A stretch of DNA of 45,239 bases from Chrysochromulina tobinii (GCA_001275005.1 JWZX01002081.1:1-45239), one strand, 5' to 3'; shown: positions 1-10,419, counted from the first letter of the stretch. Numbers and translations: made by a program. Notes: generated from the letters alone by a model not told the origin.

Positions 1-128
1 CGCTTGATCTCCGCCTGCCGGAGAGCGCTCTTCGCCAATTCTTCTTCGGCGGCCGCACGCTGCTGCGCTTCAGCCGTGTGCGCTTCGTGTGCGTCCACGT
101 AGACGAAAATATCGCTCCGCAGCGGCCT
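1..128 (-). CDS. Possible exon of a gene running off the left edge (helical, charged peptide)
   Basis: The minus strand reads RPLRSDIFVYVDAHEAHTAEAQQRAAAEEELAKSALRQAEIK open to the window edge. An in-frame TGA lies just upstream, so a splice acceptor or frameshift is needed. Not in the ORF track. Confidence 0.35.
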
Positions 129-287
129 TCAGCGCGCGTACAGCAGGCGAGGCCAGGCCGAGGCCAGGCCGACCCTGTGGGATCCACCACGCCCAAAACG
201 CCGCCTCCCACAAACCTCCACTGCGACGGGAATCGCAGTCGCGGCCGTGTCGCTGGTCGCGTCGTGCACTTTTTGCCATCCTCTAAA

Positions 288-3077
288 ATGCCGAAGATCT
301 CAACCGCCACAGCATTGCGCACAGCAATGAGTTTTAGCCGTACCAAGAAAGCGGCCTCGAGCAAGAGCGTTGTTGCCGACAAGGCTTCTGCCATGGCTTC
401 GCCGCAGGGATCGCAATCAGTGCAGAACTTGAAGGACCTCTCAGTCGAGTCGCCCAAGTCCGTGATCGCAGCTCCTGCGGCTGATCCTGCCGAGAGCTCT
501 GCTGCGGCTCAGCACGTCGACATCAGTGATGCAAGCTTCGCCGCGGCAAAATCTGCAGGCGTTCGCGCATGGGCGGCAACACAGGTGCAAGCGGCCGCTC
601 GGGGGCACTCGCAACGGAAGGTGACAGCGCAGCCAACCATGGCCGGCGGCCTCGCCACCGTCGTCGAGCTAAACGAGCCTGCAACTTACGAGCCACCCAT
701 CTCAACAGAGGAACAGCTCGAGTGCGAGGTGCAGATGGAGCTGCAGCTGATGCGCGCGAGGAAGGAGCAGCAGGCGTTTATCGCCGAAGAAGCCGCCAAG
801 GCCCGCGCAGAAGAATTGAAGCTCGAGGCCAGGGAGGCCAAGGAGCGAGCCCGTGTAGCAGAAGAGAAGCTCCATGCCCAGTTCCAGGCCCAAAAGACTA
901 GGGAGAAGGCCGCGCACGAGGCAAAGATGGCGGCGATGAGTGAAGACCAGCTCCTCAACATGCAGATTACTGACATGCTCTCGACCGACCTCCAGACATT
1001 CTACAGCTCGCTCGAGCTCGCGAACATGTCGATGGCAGCCACAGACATCCAAATCAACAAGATTCAGGACAGCCTGAAGGAGGATCGTGCCACGGAGACG
1101 GACCAGATCGCCGAGCACGAGCGGAACATTAAGTCCATCGACTCGATGCTCTTGCATGTCGACGCGTACGGCGACAAATGCAGCCAGCTGAAAAACGAGG
1201 TCAATCAGCTCGTCACGATGGAGACCCAGCGGCGCATGGACACACACGGCATCACGGGGCGCGTGCGGCGGGAGGTCGCCGAGGCGCAGGACCGCCTGGC
1301 CAAGCAGACTGAGAAACTGCACAACATGCACCGTGAACTGAAGAAGATGTACTCCGAGTACCACTCCATGGAGAAGCAGCAGGAAACGCAGTACAATGCC
1401 GTCTCTAGCGAGGTGGTCGCGAAGAAACTCAACTTGGAGCTCGTTGAGCAGCGCATGGCGCTGCTGCGATCGGAACAGACGAAGCTGCAAGAGCAGGTCG
1501 CGAATACGCGCATCGTCGAGGCGAAGATGCAGCGCGTGTCGACGACGACCGCGCAGGTGGAGGAGATCAAGACCAAGATGGCGCTCGACGACCACGCCAT
1601 GGCTGCGTGCAAGGCTCGCGAAGCGGAGCTCGCCGCAGAGGAAAGACTCGCCGAGGCGCAGATGGAGTGCAAGTTGCGTATCTTCGAGGCGGACAAGGAC
1701 TCGCTGCGTTCGCTGATCACGATGCAAGAAACGTTCCGCATTGGCGATCTCGTGGTGATGTTCGAGGGTCAGGGGGACGCTAAGGACCCGTTTGCGAAGA
1801 AGATGCTGGAGAGCACGCGCTCCCTTGTGGAGCAGAGTTTGGATGAAAGTAAGGGGCGCTTGGCGCTCATCGAGCGGGCCGAGAGTGCATACACGCAGAA
1901 GTACGACGAGGCCAAAAGTCTGCGTGCCTCGCACATGCGCCAAAAGCGAGCCGAACGCCAGGCGCTTGCGACGGCGCACATCGGGCGGCAGCGGTTCCTC
2001 TCTGAAAAGATGAGCCAGCTCGAGATTGAAGAAAAGCAGCTGGAGCATTTGACGCGCACCAGGCAGGACAACAAGGAGATAATCAAAATGATGCAGACGG
2101 AAATCGATCTAACGCAGGCAGCCCTCAACGATCGTCAGCACGAACTGACGTCGGCCACCTACCTCAAGAAGGGCTTCGGCACACAGCTCGAGAGTCTCAA
2201 GACGGCCAACAAGCTCAACCTCGCCCGAATGCGCGTGGCGATCGACTCTGAGTCACGTGTGCTCGCGGAGCAACAATCATACGTCGACTCGCTGCTGGTC
2301 GGCATGAAGCTCGACGTCACAGCCGTTGAGGAGACGCAGGAGGAGGCCACAGAGGCGGCGGAGGCACCACCCCAAGGGAGACACGGCCTTGCGCTTGCGC
2401 ACAGTCACGAGCTCGCCGTACGCAAATTGGTAGATGATCTCAAGTCGCGGCGGGTGGAATTGGTCGAAGCTCTGCGGGCATCGCAGGATAAGGTCGCTGC
2501 GGCTGAAAAGAAGGCTCAGAACGCACTCGCGAATGTTGATGAAGAACGCGTCACGCTGCAGCACGAGATCTCGAAGCTGCAGCAGTACAGGCTCTCCATT
2601 GAGACCAAACTCGCTAAGATCCGGGCCCCTGAAGGGTCCCAGACAGACTCACCGAAGAAGCTCCCCACGATTCAGCGCGCCGAAGGGGACCAGACGGACG
2701 CGCCGACGACGCCCACAATCCAGCGCCCCGAAAGGGATCAGGCAAAGACGCCGACGTCAACGACTGAGGTCGAGCTCAAGCCGCCATCGCTTGAGGCCAC
2801 GCCATACCGTACCACAAACAAGCTCCTCGTGACCTCCGACACGTTTGCGCAGCCGCTATCGCCTTCGTCGCCTTCACGGCGACGAGTGCTGCCAGTGGGG
2901 ATGGGCAGCGAGCTTGACGATGAGGCGAATTCCCCCATGTATAACCCCGACCTCAAGCCGGACCTCGAGCACACCAGTGCGAGACGGGCCTCGATTCGGT
3001 CCCGCATCACTGCTGCAGAAAAGGGCAACTTGCCGATGGGAGTGAAGCGGATCGCGTTTGAGACGACTGAAGATTAA
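288..3077 (+). CDS. Large coiled-coil protein of unknown function
   Basis: Long single ORF with first ATG at 288 (alternative start 327). Central ~650 aa is E/K/Q/L/M-rich with heptad character; the termini are S/P/T-rich and probably disordered. Confidence 0.8.
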   Translation: MPKISTATALRTAMSFSRTKKAASSKSVVADKASAMASPQGSQSVQNLKDLSVESPKSVIAAPAADPAESSAAAQHVDISDASFAAAKSAGVRAWAATQVQAAARGHSQRKVTAQPTMAGGLATVVELNEPATYEPPISTEEQLECEVQMELQLMRARKEQQAFIAEEAAKARAEELKLEAREAKERARVAEEKLHAQFQAQKTREKAAHEAKMAAMSEDQLLNMQITDMLSTDLQTFYSSLELANMSMAATDIQINKIQDSLKEDRATETDQIAEHERNIKSIDSMLLHVDAYGDKCSQLKNEVNQLVTMETQRRMDTHGITGRVRREVAEAQDRLAKQTEKLHNMHRELKKMYSEYHSMEKQQETQYNAVSSEVVAKKLNLELVEQRMALLRSEQTKLQEQVANTRIVEAKMQRVSTTTAQVEEIKTKMALDDHAMAACKAREAELAAEERLAEAQMECKLRIFEADKDSLRSLITMQETFRIGDLVVMFEGQGDAKDPFAKKMLESTRSLVEQSLDESKGRLALIERAESAYTQKYDEAKSLRASHMRQKRAERQALATAHIGRQRFLSEKMSQLEIEEKQLEHLTRTRQDNKEIIKMMQTEIDLTQAALNDRQHELTSATYLKKGFGTQLESLKTANKLNLARMRVAIDSESRVLAEQQSYVDSLLVGMKLDVTAVEETQEEATEAAEAPPQGRHGLALAHSHELAVRKLVDDLKSRRVELVEALRASQDKVAAAEKKAQNALANVDEERVTLQHEISKLQQYRLSIETKLAKIRAPEGSQTDSPKKLPTIQRAEGDQTDAPTTPTIQRPERDQAKTPTSTTEVELKPPSLEATPYRTTNKLLVTSDTFAQPLSPSSPSRRRVLPVGMGSELDDEANSPMYNPDLKPDLEHTSARRASIRSRITAAEKGNLPMGVKRIAFETTED

Positions 3078-3570
3078 TACCGCGCCGCCAGAACATCCGG
3101 CGGTCACAAAGATATGGCAGGCAAATCAGCGTTGTTCCGTGGAGGCTACGCGAGAATTTCAGCATACAGCAAGCCGAGCATTGAAAGATGGCTCCGATCG
3201 GATGCGATCATATTATTCATGGATATAAATCGCGTCGATACGATATGTTCCTCCGGTTTTGGCTTTTGCGGCGTCGGGGTGGAGCGATGCATGTGCATGG
3301 AGCATGCCATGGAGCTCTGCCGACCCGGACCTAGCTTTGAAAGCATTTCGACTGTTACGCGAGAAGTATGATATCTGTGTGTTGAAGTTCAAATTATTTC
3401 CGAGCCCGATGCCGACCCGCCGACCGACCGGCCGAATGACCAGCCCACAAAGCCAGCCCCACCGAGCCGAGCGTGAGGCGACGATGATTGAGATGGTTGA
3501 TTCGTCGGTGATAGCCTTAAAGGAGCCGAGCGGTTTCACTGAGCGGCAAGGGAGCCTCTTCCGCTGCCGT

Positions 3571-4758
3571 TCATGCCATGCCGAGCTGCTGCGCGCACGG
3601 CGGGCAGAACCACGCCTTGTCCTCGTCCTCGTCTTCCGGCGGTGCACGGTCGCCAAGGCACGCGATGTGGTAGGCTTGAGGGCAAGCGTCGCAACAGACT
3701 AGCGAGCCATCGCCGCCGCACACAGCGCACGAATCAAAATTGCCATCCGCCTGCACCTCCTCGGCCGCGTAAGAGTCCACGCCGTCGTGAGTGCCATCGG
3801 CGGATGCTCCGACTGCGCCGGTCTCCTCATCGCCCATCCCACCCTGTCCGTCAGCAGCTGTCGTCTCTGCGCCCGTCTCGGCGCCTTCCACCTCAGCCCA
3901 GCCGTTGAGCACGCCATGCTCGACAAGTAACGTCAGCCAGTACACCGCGCGCGCCTCGGCCTCGGCGTCGGCCGTCGCGAGCGCGATCGATCGCGCATCG
4001 CGGGCGGTCGTCACCAGCCGCTCGAAGGCGCGCTGCGACGTCAACTCATTGAGCTGCGCGCCGCAGTCGCCCATGTGGAGAACAAAGTACGCGTTTATCG
4101 ATGCTGCGCAGTAGCTCTCTAGCTCGACTGCGCTCTCCTCGACGTCGCTTTCGTCTGCGGCATCATCGTCGCCTGAGGCCGCCGCGGTGCTCGATGCAAC
4201 GGCTGAATTTCCACCTCCCGAAGCAAAATTCAGCGTGGTATGCTTCCCAGATGGCTCGGTCGAAGCAGTCACCGCTGCGATAGGCCGTTTGCCGCTGGAT
4301 CGCGAGACTGACGAGGCTGCCGCGCCACCCGGCAAAACGTGGCCAGCGCTGCTCGGCGCCCCGGCAGGCCGCTGCTGCTCCTCCTCCTCCTCACCTGCAA
4401 CCTGACGGCTTGCAAGACGTGCCGCCTCTACGAGCACGAGGCACTGTGCGAGCTGCCCGGCGTCAGCTTCAGCAATCGCAAGGTGTGTTGGCTGTTCGCC
4501 CTTATCAGCTCCCTGAAACGCGTCTTCGAAGCCGAATGAGCGTAACAACGAAAGACCCGCCAAGTACTGGCCAAGGCGGGCGTGGAAGGTGGCGTTTGCG
4601 AGTCTGACAATCCTATACTTGGCATCCTCTGGATGCGCCAGCACGTTGTGCACGAGCGTAGCGACGGTGGACAAGGCGAGCTCGAAGGCCTCGGCGGTCG
4701 CTGCCTCGGTGCGCAGCTGGCGGATGACAGCGAGGGCGTCGGACATGTCAGGCTTCAT
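3571..4758 (-). CDS. PUB domain + C-terminal PHD finger protein
   Basis: N-terminal LVHNVLAHPEDAKYRIVRLANATFHARL...LLRSFGF matches the PUB/PUG pattern. C-terminal CAVCGGDGSLVCCDACPQAYHIACL...WFCPPC is a C4HC3 PHD finger. ATG at 4758. Confidence 0.85.
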   Translation of the reverse strand: MKPDMSDALAVIRQLRTEAATAEAFELALSTVATLVHNVLAHPEDAKYRIVRLANATFHARLGQYLAGLSLLRSFGFEDAFQGADKGEQPTHLAIAEADAGQLAQCLVLVEAARLASRQVAGEEEEEQQRPAGAPSSAGHVLPGGAAASSVSRSSGKRPIAAVTASTEPSGKHTTLNFASGGGNSAVASSTAAASGDDDAADESDVEESAVELESYCAASINAYFVLHMGDCGAQLNELTSQRAFERLVTTARDARSIALATADAEAEARAVYWLTLLVEHGVLNGWAEVEGAETGAETTAADGQGGMGDEETGAVGASADGTHDGVDSYAAEEVQADGNFDSCAVCGGDGSLVCCDACPQAYHIACLGDRAPPEDEDEDKAWFCPPCAQQLGMA

Positions 4759-5545
4759 GTTAATACACACAACACGTAAGCAGCCACAGCCGTGAAGACA
4801 AAACAATACAATACAGGCCAGGCTTCACAGGCGTGGGCTCGGGAGGGGCTAGTGTTAACTGAACACGACCCCACCCCCCCTTGCCCGAGCCCAAGGTGTT
4901 CAAAAGCACCGGCCAAGCCCCGGGAGCGGGACAGGGGAAAGACACACGATTCACGCAGAAGAACCTCAGAAGTCAGAACCGAACCGACTCACCGATGAGC
5001 TCCGATGCACGACCCGTCGCCACGACCCCGGTGCCAACCCAGCGGCCGACTCAGCGAAGAGGCTGCCCCCTTTGGCTATGGGAGCACGGCAGTCCATGAG
5101 TCCAACCTTGCGGAGCAATTGAGAAACAGACGAGACGACCAGCAAGACGACCAGTCACCAGACACCAGTTCCGCTTCCGGGCCCCCCCGTGCGCCCGGAG
5201 GTCCGTCGAGTTGCGACTCGCGCCGCCATTACCTTTTTTGGCGACCATTGTCGAAAAAAGCGCCGTTTCGGTTCAACGTTAATGACATTGGCGGCTAACC
5301 AAGGTCCGCGCCTCAACGCTCAAGACCTCTCGATACTTTCTTCATTCTTGACCCGCGCATGCCGCAACGAAAAGAGGCAGGCGCCGCCCACAACTCGCAT
5401 ACCTGGCCACACGCCCCGCGAGTCGGGGCAGAGAACGAGCTCGCGCCCGCGTGCGCTCGCCTCGCCTAGCGCAGCAACCTCGCGCTCGCCATTCACGGGC
5501 AGGCATGCATGCGGGAGAGCTGAGGCTGAGCCAATTTCGAGAGTC

Positions 5546-6403
5546 CTACGACGACGACGGCAGGCATGGGTCGACGCCCGGCGGCGTGCCGGCGAGCGCT
5601 CGCGCGTAGATGATGACAATAGACACGGCGCCCCACGCGAGGCCGGTGCACACGCCGGCATCCACGATCGATCGCCACGGATCTGCGGTCATGCAAGACG
5701 CGGGCGAAGGCGGGAGCAGCGCGTGAGAGGAGTGGGGAGACGCGCTGGTGCGGTGACGCGGCGCGGGCGCGCATGGCGCATGCGCGCATGGCGCATGCGC
5801 GTGCTTGTGAAGGTGATGGGGACGTGTGGTGCTGCTAATCGTGTGTGGTCGCGTAGCAGCGTGGTGCCACGTACATGGCAGCCGCTTCACGATGCCGACA
5901 ACCATGGCCACCGACATCGACACCGACCACGAGACGATCTTGCGCTTCTTGGTGGCATGCATCAGGCCCATCGAATAGAATGGCGCAAGCGCGATGTGCA
6001 CCGGCGAGGTGCTCTGCTTGAGCGTCATCGCACGCTCGACGACCAACGGAGAGAACTTTTTCTGGAACGCGCCATAGCCCTCGACATACGCAAAGATTCC
6101 CATCGACCCGCCGTAGAAGCCCCATTGGAGCCACGAGAGATCACGCTGCAGGAATGGCTGCATCGCGATCGGCGCCAAACGCTTGATCGCGCTCGCAAGA
6201 ATGCCCAGGAAGCCGCACACGCCCCATGCGACGGCAATGCCATGCGCATTGCGTGGTGCGGCTGGAGAGGCCTTCGCTGCGACGAGCACGGGCGACGGCG
6301 CAGCGGCGGATGGCCGTAGCACCCGGATCGAAGGCGGCACGGTGAGAGCGTCTGCAGCGTGCGCCGCCAATAGGCAGGTGACGAGCACCTGTACCGCAGG
6401 CAT
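5546..6403 (-). CDS. Small multi-pass membrane protein with N-terminal signal (possibly plastid-targeted); exons 6403-5875 and 5682-5546
   Basis: Signal-like MPAVQVLVTCLLAAHAADA followed by an S/A/R/P-rich transit-like stretch and several hydrophobic helices (AYVEGYGAFQKKFSPLVVERA, LAPFYSMGL). Removing the GTACGT...CCGCAG intron gives KRLPYPWRSIVDAGV. Confidence 0.75.
   Translation of the reverse strand: MPAVQVLVTCLLAAHAADALTVPPSIRVLRPSAAAPSPVLVAAKASPAAPRNAHGIAVAWGVCGFLGILASAIKRLAPIAMQPFLQRDLSWLQWGFYGGSMGIFAYVEGYGAFQKKFSPLVVERAMTLKQSTSPVHIALAPFYSMGLMHATKKRKIVSWSVSMSVAMVVGIVKRLPCTWHHAATRPHTISSTTRPHHLHKHAHAPCAHAPCAPAPRHRTSASPHSSHALLPPSPASCMTADPWRSIVDAGVCTGLAWGAVSIVIIYARALAGTPPGVDPCLPSSS
5683..5874 (-). 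other. Spliceosomal GT-AG intron (192 nt, in-frame, no stop codon)
   Basis: Donor T|GTACGT at 5874 and acceptor GACCGCAG|AT at 5683. The interval translates as low-complexity H/P/A sequence interrupting an otherwise hydrophobic protein. Confidence 0.75.
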
Positions 6404-6448
6404 GATTGGGGGCGGCGACGACGGTCGGGTTGATGACGCTGCGTGTGC

Positions 6449-6528
6449 GTGAACGTAAACACTGTCTCGTCTGTCGTGTGAACGTTCACAACAGACGCGA
6501 AACCGGTGCTGCAGCACTGTTACTGCCC
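6449..6528. repeat. Imperfect palindrome / dispersed element copy 1
   Basis: CGTCTGTcgtGTGAAC|GTTCACaACAGACG hairpin. The right arm plus GCACTGTTACTGCCC recurs at 15306-15358. Confidence 0.6.
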
Positions 6529-6979
6529 ATGCGTATAGACGGTGACAATGTCCAGACTTTGTCGTGGGCGTGTACGAGCGTAAGTGTCATCCAGACAGAC
6601 AGTCTCGAATGTCAGTCATTTATGTCGCGGTCCCCCCGCATACCACACTCCGTCTCAAAGGACGGCTCCGCTGCGAGGTGCTTAGGACGGAAGCGCGTTG
6701 TGTTGAACAGCATGTATGGTTCTGCGTTCTGGAGACAGCCTACAGCGAACAGCCTTCATGCGTTCTTGGTATTGCTTATATGCTTTGCAAATTGATGCTT
6801 TTATTGCTTTCGGTTAGATATCCGCACCAGCTGGATATGACGTATCCGCCCCCCCCCCTAAAGGGCGTGCGCCGTGTCGTAATCTCAAAACCACACGCAC
6901 TCTCACCCCTCGTTGTGGCGTGTGGATTCGTTACGTTCTGCTTCCTATATCTATTAATCCTAACAGTAGTGGCTAGTGC

Positions 6980-9900
6980 CTACTCGTCCAGGAGCACGCG
7001 AAACGCCAGCGCGGCCAGCCTCGACGGCCTGGCGCCGGCCAACGTTGCGATGCAGCGGGCGCGCTGGAGGACAAAGCTCCGTGCGGTTGGTGGGTAGACG
7101 AAGAGGCTGCCGTCGGGGGCCGCGAGGCCGCCCGTATCTGTGTCTGTTTGGCCCATATGCTCTCGCAGCTCGATGTGAGCCTGCAGGTCGCCTGCCGCGC
7201 CCGTCCGCCAGTCAGGCACGATCAGCGAGCGGCTCGAGCTGCAATTGGGCACGCTGGTCTCGGGCGCGTCGGCGGCATCCGGGGGGACACTCGATCTGGC
7301 TGCGGACGGTAGGAAGAAGACGCCATTCGCCAACGGTCGGGTGCGGCGCTGCTCGCCCACAGGCCACCACATCGTATCCTTCCCCTTCGGCAGCCAATCC
7401 GCATGATCTGCCGCCAGCGCCTCGAGCAGCACGCGGACTCTCCCGCCCGCCACGGCGCGCCCGCCCGCCACGACGCGCGCGCCCTCCACGGGTGGCCATG
7501 GTTCGAGGTCGCCGTGCGGTCTCTCGAGCAAGTGGGCGCGCACTGCGGCCTCGATAGGAGCCAGTAGTGGCGCAAGAGCCATCTCGGAGCATATCTCGGA
7601 GCATGCAGCACAGCCCTCCCCGCCGGCACAGCCCTCCCCGCCGACCGCCCCGCCGACCCTCCCGCTGTTTCTGAGCGCGTCCGCCAGCGCCGCATCCTGG
7701 CCGGACAAGATCTCGCCCAGATCTCGCCCAGGAGCATATCTCGGCGCATATCTCGGCGCATCCTGCCCGCCAGGTGGGGGCGAGAGTGCAAGGTAGCAGC
7801 AGCGCGGCACAAATGGAGTTGGCCCTGCCGCCAGCGCAGAGGCTGCGCACGTGCCTAGCCCGTGCGGCGCCTCGGCGGCACTCGTGGCGCCATTTTCGTC
7901 AAGGTGGCCGAGAATGCCAGTTTCGTCAAGGTGGCCGAGAGTGCCAGTAACGGCCAAGAGTGCCAGTTTCGTCAAGGCGTCGTCGATGGCCGCGCTCGGC
8001 GCGGCGTGGGCGCGGGTCACTTGCAAGGGCCACAGCTCATGCCGGTACGACGCGTCGTCGTGGGCATCTCCGTCGTCCGCCGCGGCGCCGCGCCGTCGTG
8101 GGCGCCGCCGCTGCTCGAGGTCCGCACGCGCCGTCGCGAGCGTGGCCTCGAGGTTGGGCAGTGCCCGAGACGGCGCCCCATCCGGCCAGCGTCGATCGGG
8201 CAACAGCACTGCCGCGTTGAAGGCGACGGACAAGCGCCGCTTGGAGCCGCAATGCGCGGGAACCCAATGCTGGACCCATGAAGGGAAGACGACCGCTTGC
8301 CCCGCGAGCGGCGGTGCAGGCTGTGCATGCGCAAGGGGGGCGCCGGTAGGGTTTCGAAGCGTCAGCCTGCATGCTGCATCGCCGCCGTCCTCAAGGTAGA
8401 GCAAGCCCGAGAGCGCCCAGTCTTGATCGGCGTGATCGTGGAGTGCATTCGAGTGGCCTCGGCCGTTGGCATTCGCCCATCCAGAGAGCCGAATGTCGAG
8501 AGCCGGCGACGACCCGTTGGGCGTCGTGTTGGGCAGCGTGTGCGCCAGGTGCGCGACGATCGCCTGGTAGACAAGCGGGTAGAGCGGCTTGAACAGCATG
8601 GGCTCCTCCATTAGGTAATCTGGCGCACTCTGCCAGCCGCCCACATTGCTCACATTGGCGCTCGGGCGTGTGCGGGCGTGGCTGCGGATCACTTTGGCCG
8701 CCGCGCGGAGGGCCGCGACTGACGCGCCGTCCCGGTAGCGGCGCGTCGTCACTAGCGTCGCGTGCAGGCGCGTCGTCGTGGGAGGCGATACCGGTACGAA
8801 GGGCTCCTCCGCCGTCCGCGGCAGTACTGGCGATCTGTCGTCGGTAGCGGCGACAACGGGATCGGTGGCGGTGGCGTCGGTGTGGGCAGCTCGTGACGAA
8901 GCTGATGGGCTCTCCGGAGCGGGCGCCGTCTTGAGCGGTGCCGGTTCCCGCTCATCTCGGCGCTCATCGCGGCGCTCATCGCGGCGCTCATCTCGGCGCT
9001 CATCGAGGATGAGCTCGAGCCAGCGCGCTGTCCTGCGCGAGTGCTCGGGCAGGCGCGCGCTCTGGTACTCGAGGGCTGCGGGGACCATGAGAAGAGTGCC
9101 CGCCGGCGTGATCGGCGACACGTACGCGTTGCGCTGCCCAAACGGCCACTCGGCGTGCCCGAGGGGCGGTAGCCGTACCGACGGGGGGCGAGGGTCGAGT
9201 AGGTGCAAGCGTAGCGCATCCTCGACCCCCGCGTCCAAGACGAAGAGCACACGCACGAGGCCGGGCGCACCCGGCTGCGGAGGCAGCGACGCCCCCGGCG
9301 GCAGGGCCCACAGCAGAGCCGACTGTACGCGGAGAGCGATTGGGTCGGAGGGCGCTGGCGCTGGCGCGGCCCATGACGAACCTGACGAACCTGACGAACC
9401 TGACGAAGCCAGCAGCGGCAGTGCCCATCGAGCGGCTGTGGCCTCCAGCGCGAGCTCGTCCGCCCTCGCGAGCGGCGTTGGCAGCACGGTGCGCGTCGCG
9501 GGTGGCCTGCAGCTCCCAGCATCTGAGGCAGCATCTGAGGCTGCATCTGAGGCTACCGTCTCCCGGGCGACGCCCTCTGTCGAGCGCTGTATCGAGCGCA
9601 GCAGGCGGCTCGCGAGATGCTCGAGGGCGTCTGTCCGCTGACTCACAAGTGGCGTGTGCCACAGGGTCGCAGGCAGGTTGCTTGGACGGGGTCTGCGCTT
9701 CTTGGCGCCGCGCGCCGTCTCGGGCAGCAGCCAGATCAGGGCTCGGAGCCAAATGGAGGCTGCTGCAGATGCATTTGGCAGCGGTCGGGTGTGGAAGCCC
9801 ATCGACGAGTGATGGAGCCACAAGGTCCCTGGGTGGAATGTCGTGGACTTGTAAGCCGCTCGATTCGCTGCCGCGTGCGGCTGCCACATGGCCAGCGCTT

Positions 9901-10267
9901 GCGGCTCCGGACCGACAAGGAAGAGGGCACGGAGGAAGCCAGCTGCAGTGCTCCCATGAGGCGGAAGTGACAAAGCGCAGCCCCCTGCCGTGCGCACGAC
10001 CTCCAAGTCGGTGGCATGTGCGGCGACCGGGGCGTCGCGTCCGGCTTGCTGGCTGTGCAGAGCAAACGCTGCAGTTGCGGCTTCGACAGCGCGGTGCCAG
10101 CGGGCCAGAGATTTATTCGACGCTTGGTCTGCAGGAACGCGTCGACTACACTCATGCGGCAGAAGGAATGTGTCACCCAGCGTCGTAACGATCGAAGCAG
10201 GCAGGGCGTGTTTGCTCGCCCTCCATGGGAAGAGCGGGATGAGGGAGTCTTCCGCGAGGGCCGCCAT
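6980..10267 (-). CDS. 2OG-Fe(II) oxygenase family protein (TIGR02466 / 2OG-FeII_Oxy_5-like) with degenerate flanking domain copies
   Basis: Central domain contains SNVGGWQS, WANANGRGHSNALHDH, LSGLLYL, VVFPSWVQHWVP and RLSVAFN, the characteristic motif series of this family. Confidence 0.8.
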   Translation of the reverse strand: MAALAEDSLIPLFPWRASKHALPASIVTTLGDTFLLPHECSRRVPADQASNKSLARWHRAVEAATAAFALHSQQAGRDAPVAAHATDLEVVRTAGGCALSLPPHGSTAAGFLRALFLVGPEPQALAMWQPHAAANRAAYKSTTFHPGTLWLHHSSMGFHTRPLPNASAAASIWLRALIWLLPETARGAKKRRPRPSNLPATLWHTPLVSQRTDALEHLASRLLRSIQRSTEGVARETVASDAASDAASDAGSCRPPATRTVLPTPLARADELALEATAARWALPLLASSGSSGSSGSSWAAPAPAPSDPIALRVQSALLWALPPGASLPPQPGAPGLVRVLFVLDAGVEDALRLHLLDPRPPSVRLPPLGHAEWPFGQRNAYVSPITPAGTLLMVPAALEYQSARLPEHSRRTARWLELILDERRDERRDERRDERRDEREPAPLKTAPAPESPSASSRAAHTDATATDPVVAATDDRSPVLPRTAEEPFVPVSPPTTTRLHATLVTTRRYRDGASVAALRAAAKVIRSHARTRPSANVSNVGGWQSAPDYLMEEPMLFKPLYPLVYQAIVAHLAHTLPNTTPNGSSPALDIRLSGWANANGRGHSNALHDHADQDWALSGLLYLEDGGDAACRLTLRNPTGAPLAHAQPAPPLAGQAVVFPSWVQHWVPAHCGSKRRLSVAFNAAVLLPDRRWPDGAPSRALPNLEATLATARADLEQRRRPRRRGAAADDGDAHDDASYRHELWPLQVTRAHAAPSAAIDDALTKLALLAVTGTLGHLDETGILGHLDENGATSAAEAPHGLGTCAASALAAGPTPFVPRCCYLALSPPPGGQDAPRYAPRYAPGRDLGEILSGQDAALADALRNSGRVGGAVGGEGCAGGEGCAACSEICSEMALAPLLAPIEAAVRAHLLERPHGDLEPWPPVEGARVVAGGRAVAGGRVRVLLEALAADHADWLPKGKDTMWWPVGEQRRTRPLANGVFFLPSAARSSVPPDAADAPETSVPNCSSSRSLIVPDWRTGAAGDLQAHIELREHMGQTDTDTGGLAAPDGSLFVYPPTARSFVLQRARCIATLAGARPSRLAALAFRVLLDE

Positions 10268-10419
10268 TGCGAGCGCGTCTTCTTGAGCGCGCGAGGGGGG
10301 ATGTAGTCGTTTCCTGGGACTAGGGCGACGCGGGCTGTCGCTCGACCTTGAAATCTCCGACGTTTTGAGATTCAGTCACAGCTCGTGGTGGCCGGCCAGA
10401 GGCAGACGATCTTTCGTCC

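Noticed and set aside
288..3077. SMC, myosin or kinesin identity for the coiled-coil protein
   Set aside because: No Walker A or motor-domain motifs visible.
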